From an uncultured Eubacteriales bacterium (GTDB lineage: Bacteria; Bacillota; Clostridia; Peptostreptococcales; Anaerovoracaceae): a stretch of DNA of 64,000 nucleotides. Below, one piece after another: positions 56,162 to 64,000 of the stretch. The stretch is from positions 5,089 through 69,088 of the forward strand of contig ONJG01000013.1 of the NCBI GenBank assembly GCA_900318105.1. Direction: 5' to 3'. Both the position numbers and the translations under genes were made by a program. Under the pieces are notes generated by a model, which was not told where the DNA came from, did not search any database, and saw only the letters and a list, made by a program, of their open reading frames with translations. Each line of letters starts with the position of its first letter. The stretch's first letter is position 1.

Positions 56162-57169
56162 CTATCCGAAAATATTCTTTATGTCGTTAAATGTTATAAG
56201 CACGGCAAATGCAATCAGCAGCATCATCCCCGCCACCGTTGCTTTGTATTCCATATCATCTGTTATCCTGCCGCCGCTGATGACCTTGAGGAAGATAAAG
56301 AAAATCTTTCCTCCGTCGAGTCCCGGTATCGGCAGCAGATTGAAGAATGCGAGGTTGAGACTTACCAGGACAAGCAGCATCAGATAGCTCGTTGCCCCAT
56401 ATGACGTTGTCTGATCCACTACCCTGACCAGACCGACGGGTCCTGCCATGTCATCTGCATTTACACCGTTTGTAATCATGCTTTTAATTGCGCCGGCAAA
56501 CGCAGTGCATACTTCCCATGTGAGCCTGACTCCGCCCGTGATGCTCTTTCCGAAGCTCTTCTTGTAAGCAGACACAATGCCGACGACATAGCGCTGCTCA
56601 TCATCAAGATACTCGGGAGTAATATCGGCTTCCATCGCCTCTCCTCCGCGCTTTATCACAAAATGCATGGTAGAGCCGTCCTTGTTTGCATCAATGGCGG
56701 AAGTTACATCCTCCCACTCCCTTGTTGCACGGCCGTCTATCTCGAGAATTGTGTCTCCGGCTCTGAGTCCGGCTGCCTCTGCAGGCGATCCCGGGCTTAC
56801 GCTTTCGAGAGTGTTACTCGGAAAACCCGTGATTCCCACCACTATAATCGATACGAGAATGGCGATGAGAATATTCATCGTAACTCCCGCAAGCAATATC
56901 GCTATCTTCTGCGGATTGCTTTTGCTGCTGTAGGATGTGGGACTGTCGACCGTCTCTTCTTCTCCTTCCATTGCACAAAAACCGCCAAGCGGAAGAAGCC
57001 TGACAGAATACTGAGTATCGCCTTTCTTTCTCTGGAACAGAAGCGGTCCCATTCCCACCGAAAACTCGTTTACTTTAACGCCGCATAACTTGGCAACCAC
57101 CATATGTCCCCACTCGTGCGGTATTACCAGCACAAGCAGCATCAATACAAACAAAACTGCCGTTAACAC
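56162..57169 (-). CDS. rseP: RIP metalloprotease RseP
   Basis: 335-aa ORF with HEWGHMVVA, one PDZ domain and the NLLPIPGLDGG motif. Confidence 0.9.
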   Translation of the reverse strand: MLTAVLFVLMLLVLVIPHEWGHMVVAKLCGVKVNEFSVGMGPLLFQRKKGDTQYSVRLLPLGGFCAMEGEEETVDSPTSYSSKSNPQKIAILLAGVTMNILIAILVSIIVVGITGFPSNTLESVSPGSPAEAAGLRAGDTILEIDGRATREWEDVTSAIDANKDGSTMHFVIKRGGEAMEADITPEYLDDEQRYVVGIVSAYKKSFGKSITGGVRLTWEVCTAFAGAIKSMITNGVNADDMAGPVGLVRVVDQTTSYGATSYLMLLVLVSLNLAFFNLLPIPGLDGGKIFFIFLKVISGGRITDDMEYKATVAGMMLLIAFAVLITFNDIKNIFG

Positions 57170-57204
57170 TTAATATATAATTCCTTTCTGTTACTTTACT
57201 GAAT

Positions 57205-58437
57205 TCACTCGGTTTTGAGCATCTTTCTTGCCATTATCCTGGATTCGTTATCTATGGCAAGTATTTCCTCAACCGTTCCGGGTCTGCTGAAACCGGATTT
57301 GTCCATCACCCGTTCTATTGTCTCCGGTATGTCCGTAAAACCTATATTTCCTGCGAGGAACATCGCGACGAGTTCCTCGTTTGCGCCGTTCATGACGACC
57401 GGCGCACTGCCGCCTTCCCTGATGGCGGCATACGCGATGTCGAGGCACCTGAAGGTTTTCCTGTCTGCTTTTTCAAATGTGAGATTTGCTCCCTTGGTGA
57501 AAAAGTCCAGGCTCCCGTCAGACCCCCTGTCCTCATCAAGTCCGCTGAATTCCGGAATCAAACTGAGTCTGTCCGGATAATTAAGCGCAAGTCCGATTGG
57601 AATCTTCATGTCGGGAATTCCCATCTGAGCAATTACAGAACCGTCCATGAACTCCACCATGGAATGCACAATGCTCTCAGGATGCACGTGTACGTCTATC
57701 TTATCCGCAGGGATGTCGAATAACCACCTGGCCTCGATTACCTCCAGTCCTTTGTTCATCATCGTTGCGGAATCTATCGTAATCTTTGATCCCATGGACC
57801 AGTTCGGGTGATTGAGAGCCTGCTCAATCGTTACGTCCCTCATCTCATCGAGTGTCCTTCCTCTGAAAGGTCCGCCCGATGCGGTCAGAAGAATTCTTCG
57901 GATCGCTCTGTCCGGTCCGTCACCTGCGTCATCTTTGTATGCCCTTGCGCACGCACTGCCGCCGTTTCCTTCAAGGCACTGGAATATCGCGCTGTGCTCG
58001 CTGTCCACCGGTATAAGTTTTACACCTTTCTCCCTGCAGAGCTCTGTGACTATCTCACCTCCGGCGACAAGGGTTTCCTTATTGGCAAGCGCGATGTCTC
58101 TCCCGTGTGAAATTGCCTCATATGTAGGAGCAAGCCCGCTTATGCCCATAAGCGCATTCAGAACAATATCGCAGTCCATGCCTGCGATTTCCACAAGTCC
58201 TGCATCCCCATAGTGCACATCGATCTCTGGAAACTCACTCTTCACTCTCTTTGCATCATCGGAATTACCGACGCAGACCGACTCCGGTGCGAATTCCCTT
58301 ATCTGGGCAATCAAATCGTCCACCCGGCTGCGGCAGCTGAGTCCGCAAGCCGAGAATTTGTCCCTGTTATTCCTGATTATCTCGAGCGCCTGAGTCCCTA
58401 TGGAACCGGTGCTTCCAAGTATAAGTACTTTCTTCAT
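57205..58437 (-). CDS. dxr: 1-deoxy-D-xylulose 5-phosphate reductoisomerase
   Basis: The start MKKVLILGSTGSIGTQ (58437) is preferred because the ORF-track start would overlap cdsA. DSEHSAIFQC and LTASGGPF motifs are present. Confidence 0.95.
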   Translation of the reverse strand: MKKVLILGSTGSIGTQALEIIRNNRDKFSACGLSCRSRVDDLIAQIREFAPESVCVGNSDDAKRVKSEFPEIDVHYGDAGLVEIAGMDCDIVLNALMGISGLAPTYEAISHGRDIALANKETLVAGGEIVTELCREKGVKLIPVDSEHSAIFQCLEGNGGSACARAYKDDAGDGPDRAIRRILLTASGGPFRGRTLDEMRDVTIEQALNHPNWSMGSKITIDSATMMNKGLEVIEARWLFDIPADKIDVHVHPESIVHSMVEFMDGSVIAQMGIPDMKIPIGLALNYPDRLSLIPEFSGLDEDRGSDGSLDFFTKGANLTFEKADRKTFRCLDIAYAAIREGGSAPVVMNGANEELVAMFLAGNIGFTDIPETIERVMDKSGFSRPGTVEEILAIDNESRIMARKMLKTE

Positions 58438-59267
58438 ACGTTCAGAATCTGTGTCAGTCCGCATATCTCATAATAGATTACTGGTGCGACGAATATGACG
58501 CTGTCGAACCTGTCCATGATGCCGCCATGGCCCGGTATGAGGTTTCCGTAGTCCTTGATGCCCATCTTGCGTTTGAAAGCAGACGCGGTCAGGTCTCCCG
58601 CCATCCCGGCAGCTCCTCCCAGCAGCCCGAGCATAAGGCAGATGAGAGCGGCATTATCAAGTCCGCTGTTTCTCATAAAAAAGTAACCGAAGAGCCATGA
58701 GAAAAGCGAGCTTCCGATAAGCCCTCCGACTGCACCCTCTATTGTTTTCTTGGGGCTGAGGTTAGGCGCCATCTTATGTTTTCCGAGGAAATATCCCGTG
58801 AAATATGCAAATATATCCGAACCGAAAGCTGCAATGACAACTATCCAAATGAATAGTCTGTATTCAGTCTGATCAATCAGCACCATATGGTATGCAAAGA
58901 ACGGGATATATACCAGCGTAGTGACCGTTGCAATTGCATCATAAGGTCCTCTTTCGTTAATCTTCCATCCGTAAATGAGACCTGCGGCAACCACCATAAA
59001 CAGCCAGATGCAGATCATCATCATGTTTTCGTAAAAACGCGGTACGGCAGAGCTCGCAGATGGTATGGCCGTTGAAAAGAGGAGCAATGTGAAAATATAG
59101 CAGATTGTCTTGCTCGGTTTTACATCGAGATTGTTCCATCCGTTGCAGAATTCATGAACTCCCATGAGAGAAATGAGAAGGGCTGCTGCCCACAGGGCAA
59201 CTCCTCCGAAGTAGAGCACCACCAGAAGCGGCGCCATTAAAAGTCCCGATAAAATTCTGGTTTTCAT
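58434..59267 (-). CDS. cdsA: phosphatidate cytidylyltransferase
   Basis: 277-aa membrane ORF with the C-terminal signature SAFKRKMGIKDYGNLIPGHGGIMDRFDS. Confidence 0.93.
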   Translation of the reverse strand: MKTRILSGLLMAPLLVVLYFGGVALWAAALLISLMGVHEFCNGWNNLDVKPSKTICYIFTLLLFSTAIPSASSAVPRFYENMMMICIWLFMVVAAGLIYGWKINERGPYDAIATVTTLVYIPFFAYHMVLIDQTEYRLFIWIVVIAAFGSDIFAYFTGYFLGKHKMAPNLSPKKTIEGAVGGLIGSSLFSWLFGYFFMRNSGLDNAALICLMLGLLGGAAGMAGDLTASAFKRKMGIKDYGNLIPGHGGIMDRFDSVIFVAPVIYYEICGLTQILNV

Positions 59268-60379
59268 AGTTTGTTTATTCCTTCTGTGCTTTTTCTTTTT
59301 TGCATATATTTCTCAAACCGGATTTTAATCAATGCCGCAACAGGCACCGAAATGAGCATGCCCACAATGCCTCCGATCTTGCCGCCCACAAGCAGTGCGA
59401 CTATGACCAGGACCGGATGCACCTCAACATTGCTGCTGAGCATTCTCGGATTGATTATATTTCCGTCTATGAACATAACGGCCAATAGTATGACGCCGCC
59501 TATTAACAGCTGAGTCAGCGAGCCCTCGGCCAGGCATACCACAATAAGCGAGCCGAATCCCACAACCGGTCCCACGTAAGGTATCAGGTTGCCGACACCG
59601 GTCAGGATTCCTATGACAGCCGCATACGGTATCCCCGCTATTAGAAGCGCAACCGTCACCATGATTCCGACCAGGCAGGCATCAATGGCCTGTCCCCTTA
59701 TATAGCCCGAGAATACTCTCTTTGCGTCCTTGGCAAACGCACTTAGCTTTTCTCTTGTGCTGTCAGAGGCAAAGCTGTTGAACACGTCCATCCAGTAGCT
59801 CCGGATGCCCGAATCCAGCATGAAATATACAGCGAAAATCACGGAGAAGAGAAGCGTTGACGCTCCTGTCTTGACACCGCTGAAGATGCCTCCCAGCTTG
59901 CCGCTTATGCTGGCCAGGTTTATGTTGAAGCTCTTAAGCGTCTTTTCAAGAGCGGACTTGAAATCATTGAACTGTTCGCTAAGTACCGTTGCATACTGCC
60001 TGACATCTTCAAAATTGAGCGCTGAAATGCTTTTGGTAAATGTCCAGATTACAACGGTGATCAGAACTCCGATAATAAAAAATGCTATCGCAAAAGTGAT
60101 TAGGACGGACACCGTCTTGCGTGTCTTTTCGGATCTGAGCCCGTGAAGCAATTTTTCATCTATCTTAAGCGCAAGCGGATTTAAAAGATATGCTATGCAC
60201 ATGCCCAGTATCAGCGGTTTTATAACCGCGCCTGCAAATGCCAGTACCGTGGGCGCCTTGGTCCAGATATAGTATATAAAAAGACAGAGCACGAATATCG
60301 TGAGTGCCGTCTTTATTACATATACGGATTTGGCCGAATATTCCTCGTTGTAAATATCCTTCAGTTTTCTTAATTTCAT
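59264..60379 (-). CDS. AI-2E family transporter (PerM/YhhT-like)
   Basis: 371-aa, roughly 8-TM ORF with the family-typical segment GILTGVGNLIPYVGPVVG. Confidence 0.83.
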   Translation of the reverse strand: MKLRKLKDIYNEEYSAKSVYVIKTALTIFVLCLFIYYIWTKAPTVLAFAGAVIKPLILGMCIAYLLNPLALKIDEKLLHGLRSEKTRKTVSVLITFAIAFFIIGVLITVVIWTFTKSISALNFEDVRQYATVLSEQFNDFKSALEKTLKSFNINLASISGKLGGIFSGVKTGASTLLFSVIFAVYFMLDSGIRSYWMDVFNSFASDSTREKLSAFAKDAKRVFSGYIRGQAIDACLVGIMVTVALLIAGIPYAAVIGILTGVGNLIPYVGPVVGFGSLIVVCLAEGSLTQLLIGGVILLAVMFIDGNIINPRMLSSNVEVHPVLVIVALLVGGKIGGIVGMLISVPVAALIKIRFEKYMQKRKSTEGINKL

Positions 60380-60430
60380 ACCCTTTGTTTACTCCTGCTG
60401 AATCAGGAAAACAACTCATAGTCCGGATTG

Positions 60431-61243
60431 CTATCTGCCGCCGAATCTCCTCTCGCGGTTTGAAAACGCCTCTATCATCGACTTGTACTCCTCCGGAGTG
60501 AAATCGGGCCACAGAGTGTCCGTAAACATCAATTCACTGTATGCTGCCTGCCAGGTGAGGAAATTGGACATTCTCTCCTCTCCGCTCGTCCTGATGATAA
60601 GGTCGGGGTCTGGCACATCAAACAAGGCACTGCCTGAATAAAGATGTCTGGATATGTCCTTTTCCTCCAGTGTCGAAATCATGGATGGCATCACGGATGC
60701 GAACGCTTCCTCCATCATTTCGGCGGCTGTCCCCGGAGCCAGATCCGGCAGGGACTTTATCATCTCTTTAATCGCTGTTTCCGACAGTTCGCTGTACAGG
60801 CTCCTGACGCTCCTAAGTATCTCATCCCTGCCTCCGTAATTTAAGGCGATATTGAATATGAGACCGTCATTGCCTGCCAGGCGGCTTACCATTTTATCGA
60901 TGGCATCGACGGATGCTCTGGGCAGCATGTCGTACTCACCGAATATATTGATATGCACGTTGTTTTCGTCCAGCTCTTCGAGCTCGGAATTTACGTACTT
61001 GACGATAAGATTGAATATGCCACTGACCTCTTCGGTGCTTCTCTTCCAGTTTTCCGTCGAAAAAGCATAAACGGTCAGGTATTTAATCCCCATATCAGAC
61101 GAGGCGATGACTATCTTTTTCATCGCCTGCATGCCGGCATTGTGGCCCATAACGCGCGGAACGCCGTGCGCCTTGGCCCATCTGCCGTTACCATCCATTA
61201 TTATTCCGACATGCGCCGGGACAGGTCTCTTGTCTTCGCTCAT
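60431..61243 (-). CDS. uppS: isoprenyl transferase (undecaprenyl diphosphate synthase)
   Basis: 270-aa ORF with HVGIIMDGNGRWA, FSTENWKR, NYGGR, IRTSGEERMSNFL and RERRFGG motifs. Confidence 0.95.
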   Translation of the reverse strand: MSEDKRPVPAHVGIIMDGNGRWAKAHGVPRVMGHNAGMQAMKKIVIASSDMGIKYLTVYAFSTENWKRSTEEVSGIFNLIVKYVNSELEELDENNVHINIFGEYDMLPRASVDAIDKMVSRLAGNDGLIFNIALNYGGRDEILRSVRSLYSELSETAIKEMIKSLPDLAPGTAAEMMEEAFASVMPSMISTLEEKDISRHLYSGSALFDVPDPDLIIRTSGEERMSNFLTWQAAYSELMFTDTLWPDFTPEEYKSMIEAFSNRERRFGGR

Positions 61244-61279
61244 AACAGTACTTGTAAATTCCCCTTTATACGTAGTAAA

Positions 61280-61296
61280 CGTGGCTTTGCGCCACG
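61280..61296 (-). terminator. small hairpin between frr and uppS
   Basis: A 6-bp stem, cgtggc / gccacg, with a 5-nt loop. UUU follows on the minus strand. Weak. Confidence 0.3.
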
Positions 61297-61331
61297 CTTA
61301 CATTTCAGTCATTATTATCTGTTTTATCCGA

Positions 61332-61883
61332 CTAAACTTCCATCAGTTCCTTTTCTTTGTCAGCTATCATATCATCGATATCCTTGATCGCTTTATCGCA
61401 GGTCTTCTGGGTTTCATCGAGGTCTTCCTTCAGATCGTCCTCAGTGATTTCCCCTGCCTTCTGGGATTTCTTGAGCTCTTCGTTGATATCGCGTCTCATG
61501 TTTCTGATGGCGACTTTAGCGTCTTCTCCATAGCCTTTAACCACCTTGGTGAGTTCCTTACGTCTCTCCTCTGTGAGCTGAGGTATGGCAAGCCTTATGA
61601 CCTTGCCGTCATTTGCCGGTGTTATACCGATATTTGCTTCATTCAGCGCTCTTTCGATATCCGATATCGACTGAGGGTCGAAAGGCGAAATCATAAGAGT
61701 TCTCGGATCCGGCACCGAAATATTGGCCAGTGCTTTAAGAGAAGTAGGCGTGCCGTAATAGTCGACCATTACCTTGTCAAGAAGTGCGGGATTCGCTCTG
61801 CCCGCCCTTACCGTATTGAGGTTTTCCTTAAGAAAATTCTTGGTGCTTTCGATTCTTTCTTCAAGTGATTTTTTCTCAGCCAT
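61332..61883 (-). CDS. frr: ribosome recycling factor
   Basis: 183-aa ORF reading LKENLNTVRAGRANPALLD...LAIPQLTEERRKELTK. Confidence 0.97.
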   Translation of the reverse strand: MAEKKSLEERIESTKNFLKENLNTVRAGRANPALLDKVMVDYYGTPTSLKALANISVPDPRTLMISPFDPQSISDIERALNEANIGITPANDGKVIRLAIPQLTEERRKELTKVVKGYGEDAKVAIRNMRRDINEELKKSQKAGEITEDDLKEDLDETQKTCDKAIKDIDDMIADKEKELMEV

Positions 61884-61892
61884 AGCTTCCTC

Positions 61893-62597
61893 CTATTGAA
61901 TGAGTGTTCCTACGTTTTCACCGTTGATAACTTTCATGAGATTGCCTTCTTTTGCAAGCGCAAACACATATATCTTGGTATCTGTATCCTTGCACAGCGT
62001 AGCTGCTGTCAGGTCCATTACCTTGAGGTCTTTTTCAATTATATCCATGTAGCCAAGCTCGGTATACCTTTCGGCGTCCGGGTCTTTGTCCGGGTCTGCC
62101 GAATACACGGCATCCACGTTTTTGGCCAGGAGGAGCACGTCAGCTCCTATTTCGGCAGCTCTGAGAGCCGCGGTGGTATCGGTTGTAAAGAACGGAGATC
62201 CCGTGCCTCCTCCGAAAACAACGACTTTGCCCTCTTCAAGATAGTCCAGGGCCTTGCGTCTTGCATAGCCCTCGGCCATATCCCTGATTTCTATTGAAGT
62301 CATGAGTTTTGCGGGGCAACCAACAGACAGAAGTGCATCCTGAAGTGCAAGACCGTTCATGACGGTTGCGAGCATGCCCATGTAGTCAGCTGTGGGCTGG
62401 TCTATATTGCCTCCTGTGCGCCCGCGGAAGAAGTTGCCTCCTCCGACTACAACACCGACTTCAACACCGGCATCTCTGATTTCTTTTATCTGCCGGGCGA
62501 CCTTTTCAAGTTCAGCATCATTGACACCGAACTTATCGGATCCTGAGAGAGCTTCTCCGCTTACTTTTATCAAAACACGTTTGTATCTTACTGACAT
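61893..62597 (-). CDS. pyrH: UMP kinase
   Basis: The start MSVRYKRVLIKVSGEAL (ATG at 62597) is preceded by AGGAGA. The 30 extra codons in the ORF-track version look non-coding. Confidence 0.95.
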   Translation of the reverse strand: MSVRYKRVLIKVSGEALSGSDKFGVNDAELEKVARQIKEIRDAGVEVGVVVGGGNFFRGRTGGNIDQPTADYMGMLATVMNGLALQDALLSVGCPAKLMTSIEIRDMAEGYARRKALDYLEEGKVVVFGGGTGSPFFTTDTTAALRAAEIGADVLLLAKNVDAVYSADPDKDPDAERYTELGYMDIIEKDLKVMDLTAATLCKDTDTKIYVFALAKEGNLMKVINGENVGTLIQ

Positions 62598-62741
62598 ATA
62601 ATCTCTCCTGAGCAATAGTTGACTGCAGCTGCAAGTAAGCTGCACCCACTGCCAAGAATTATAGCATTTTTTAATTGTCTTCTCCACCTCAACAGAAATA
62701 AAATAATACAGGGAAATGCAAAATATTAATTAAAATAACAC

Positions 62742-62769
62742 TTGCATTTTATTCTCGAGGGATTATAAT
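62742..62769 (+). promoter_or_regulatory. near-consensus sigma-A promoter for the small peptide gene
   Basis: TTGCAT (62742-62747), a 16-nt spacer, then a perfect TATAAT (62764-62769). Confidence 0.6.
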
Positions 62770-62820
62770 GATGTGCTAAAATATAAACAGTTAATAATAG
62801 TTTTATTAGGAGGTAACACT

Positions 62821-63054
62821 ATGTCAGATAAAATCAAGTTAACAGAAGAGATGCTCGAAGAGATTACAGGTGGTATGCCTGATGTAATCTGGATGGCAGA
62901 TGATCTCGCTGCCCTGAGACTCGCACAATCCGTTGAGGAGATTGCAAGGATTTTCGACAAAAAAGGCCTTGCCTTCGGAGCTGATAAGGCAGAGAGCATT
63001 ATCAGACTGGCTTCAAAAGGCAAAGAGAAAGAAGCAGAAAAAAAGCTTTTTTAA
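62821..63054 (+). CDS. 77-aa peptide precursor with a double-glycine-type leader
   Basis: AGGAGG (62808-62813) lies 7 nt before the ATG at 62821. The N-terminus is MSDKIKLTEEMLEEITGG, with the GG codons at 62869-62874. The ORF-track start at 62773 would lie at or upstream of the predicted transcription start. Confidence 0.55.
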   Translation: MSDKIKLTEEMLEEITGGMPDVIWMADDLAALRLAQSVEEIARIFDKKGLAFGADKAESIIRLASKGKEKEAEKKLF

Positions 63055-63078
63055 GAAATTGCAAACCATACTGAATTG

Positions 63079-63120
63079 AAAAGCAGCCTGAGGTGTAATA
63101 ATTGACCTCAGGCTGCTTTT
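63079..63120. terminator. bidirectional rho-independent terminator
   Basis: A perfect 12-bp stem, gcagcctgaggt (63083-63094) / acctcaggctgc (63105-63116). AAAA lies upstream and TTTT downstream. It sits between the convergent peptide gene and thrS. Confidence 0.85.
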
Positions 63121-63155
63121 GTATTTCCTCCAACTTCCCGCGAGTGAGTTCACGC

Positions 63156-64000
63156 TTAATTCAATTTGGAATTCTTATTATTATTCTTTTCGTCCTTCTT
63201 TTCAATCTTGCGAATTTCCTTTGTGCGGATTTCCTCGCAGATATCCGATATGAATTCATCGAGAGCTTTGACGCCTTCGTCTCCCTGATATCTCGATCTG
63301 ACGGATACCTTGCCTTCCTCGGCTTCCTTGGCACCGATTACGAGCATATACGGAACCTTCTCCATCTGCGCCTTTCTGACCATGTAGCCGATTCTCTCTC
63401 CGCTCTTATCAACAGTGACATCGACACCGTTTCTCCTGAGTTCTTTTCTGACTTCCTCGGCATAATCAGCCACATTATCTGAGATAGGCAGTATCCTTAC
63501 CTGCTCAGGGCAGAGCCATGTAGGCAGATTGCCCGCATATTTTTCAATCAGCCATGCGAGTGTGCGCTCGTAGCATCCGATTGAAGTCCTGTGAATGATA
63601 TAAGGTCTCTTCTTCTGTCCGTCCTTGTCTATGAAGTACATATCATAGCGTTCTGCCAGCACGGTATCGAGCTGGATTGTGATCATCGTGTCTTCTTTGC
63701 CATATACATTCTTAGCCTGGATGTCGAGCTTCGGACCGTAAAATGCAGCTTCGCCCACAGCCTCTGTGAACTCGAGCCCGATTTCATTAAGAACTTCTCT
63801 TATGAAGCCTTCGTTATGCTCCCATTCCTCAGGGGTGCCGAGGTAGTCCTCTGCATGCTCGGGATCCCATTTGGAGAGTCTGTAAGTGACATTCTCCTCA
63901 AGACCGAGAGTTGTCAGGCAGTACTTGGCAAGCTCAACGCAGTTCTTGAATTCGTCTCTTACCTGCTCCGGCGTCATTACGAGGTGGCCCTCAGAAATCG
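63156..64000 (-). CDS. thrS: threonine--tRNA ligase (C-terminal part; the 5' end lies beyond the window end)
   Basis: The frame is open to the window edge. It has a class II core and an anticodon-binding domain (FYGPKLDIQ..., IHRTSIGCYERTLAWLIE, PEQVRILPIS), followed by a short K/N-rich tail. Confidence 0.94.
   Translation of the reverse strand, partial: ISEGHLVMTPEQVRDEFKNCVELAKYCLTTLGLEENVTYRLSKWDPEHAEDYLGTPEEWEHNEGFIREVLNEIGLEFTEAVGEAAFYGPKLDIQAKNVYGKEDTMITIQLDTVLAERYDMYFIDKDGQKKRPYIIHRTSIGCYERTLAWLIEKYAGNLPTWLCPEQVRILPISDNVADYAEEVRKELRRNGVDVTVDKSGERIGYMVRKAQMEKVPYMLVIGAKEAEEGKVSVRSRYQGDEGVKALDEFISDICEEIRTKEIRKIEKKDEKNNNKNSKLN

Noticed and set aside
62773-62820. The longer 93-aa version of the small peptide ORF (MLKYKQLIIVLLGGNT...).
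   Set aside because: That start codon sits only 3 nt after the TATAAT box, at or before the predicted transcription start, and lacks an RBS. The ATG at 62821 has a perfect AGGAGG.
1-64000. Mobile elements, prophage remnants, tRNA/rRNA genes and CRISPR arrays.
   Set aside because: I recognised no transposase, integrase or phage-like ORFs. No intergenic gap is long enough for an rRNA gene. In the gaps longer than 70 nt I saw no cloverleaf-like tRNA sequence.

Overview
This is a 64-kb chromosomal segment that looks like a Firmicutes/Clostridia genome. That placement is inference from gene content and B. subtilis-like gene order (butyrate kinase, PolC-type replicase, PlsX/PlsY). I call about 55 protein genes, about 50 of them on the minus strand. 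They are tightly packed, with many overlapping stop/start codons. I saw no rRNA, tRNA, CRISPR array, transposase or integrase.

Gene order, read in minus-strand transcription order:
- thrS (partial)
- a small plus-strand peptide gene
- pyrH-frr-uppS-[AI-2E transporter]-cdsA-dxr-rseP-ispG-polC
- ArsR-family repressor, HMA chaperone and Cd/Zn P-type ATPase
- PBP1A
- rimP-nusA-ylxR-infB-rbfA-nrnA-[LURP-one-like]-truB-ribF-rpsO-pnp
- a 3-gene accessory islet
- ileS-rlmN
- MATE transporter
- plsX-rnc-smc-ftsY-der-plsY-miaB-cls-M50 protease
- GntR regulator (plus strand)
- nth and a DUF2130 gene
- gap-pgk-tpiA
- secG and a PPase-like gene
- buk-pheS-pheT
- rluD and nadK (plus strand), then a partial acidic hypothetical gene

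Most noteworthy observations:
1. An orphan CARF-HEPN (Csx1/Csm6-like) protein lies between ileS and pnp, with no cas genes or CRISPR array in the window. It sits next to a small membrane-anchored protein and a TDLDEK-repeat protein.
2. The syntenic PolC lacks the 3'-5' exonuclease domain that is normally inserted in its PHP domain.
3. A membrane pyrophosphatase homolog has lost the hallmark Asp/Lys catalytic motifs.
4. A well-expressed-looking 77-aa peptide carries a textbook double-glycine leader, but no processing transporter is nearby.

All family assignments come from reading motifs by eye. No database searches were run.
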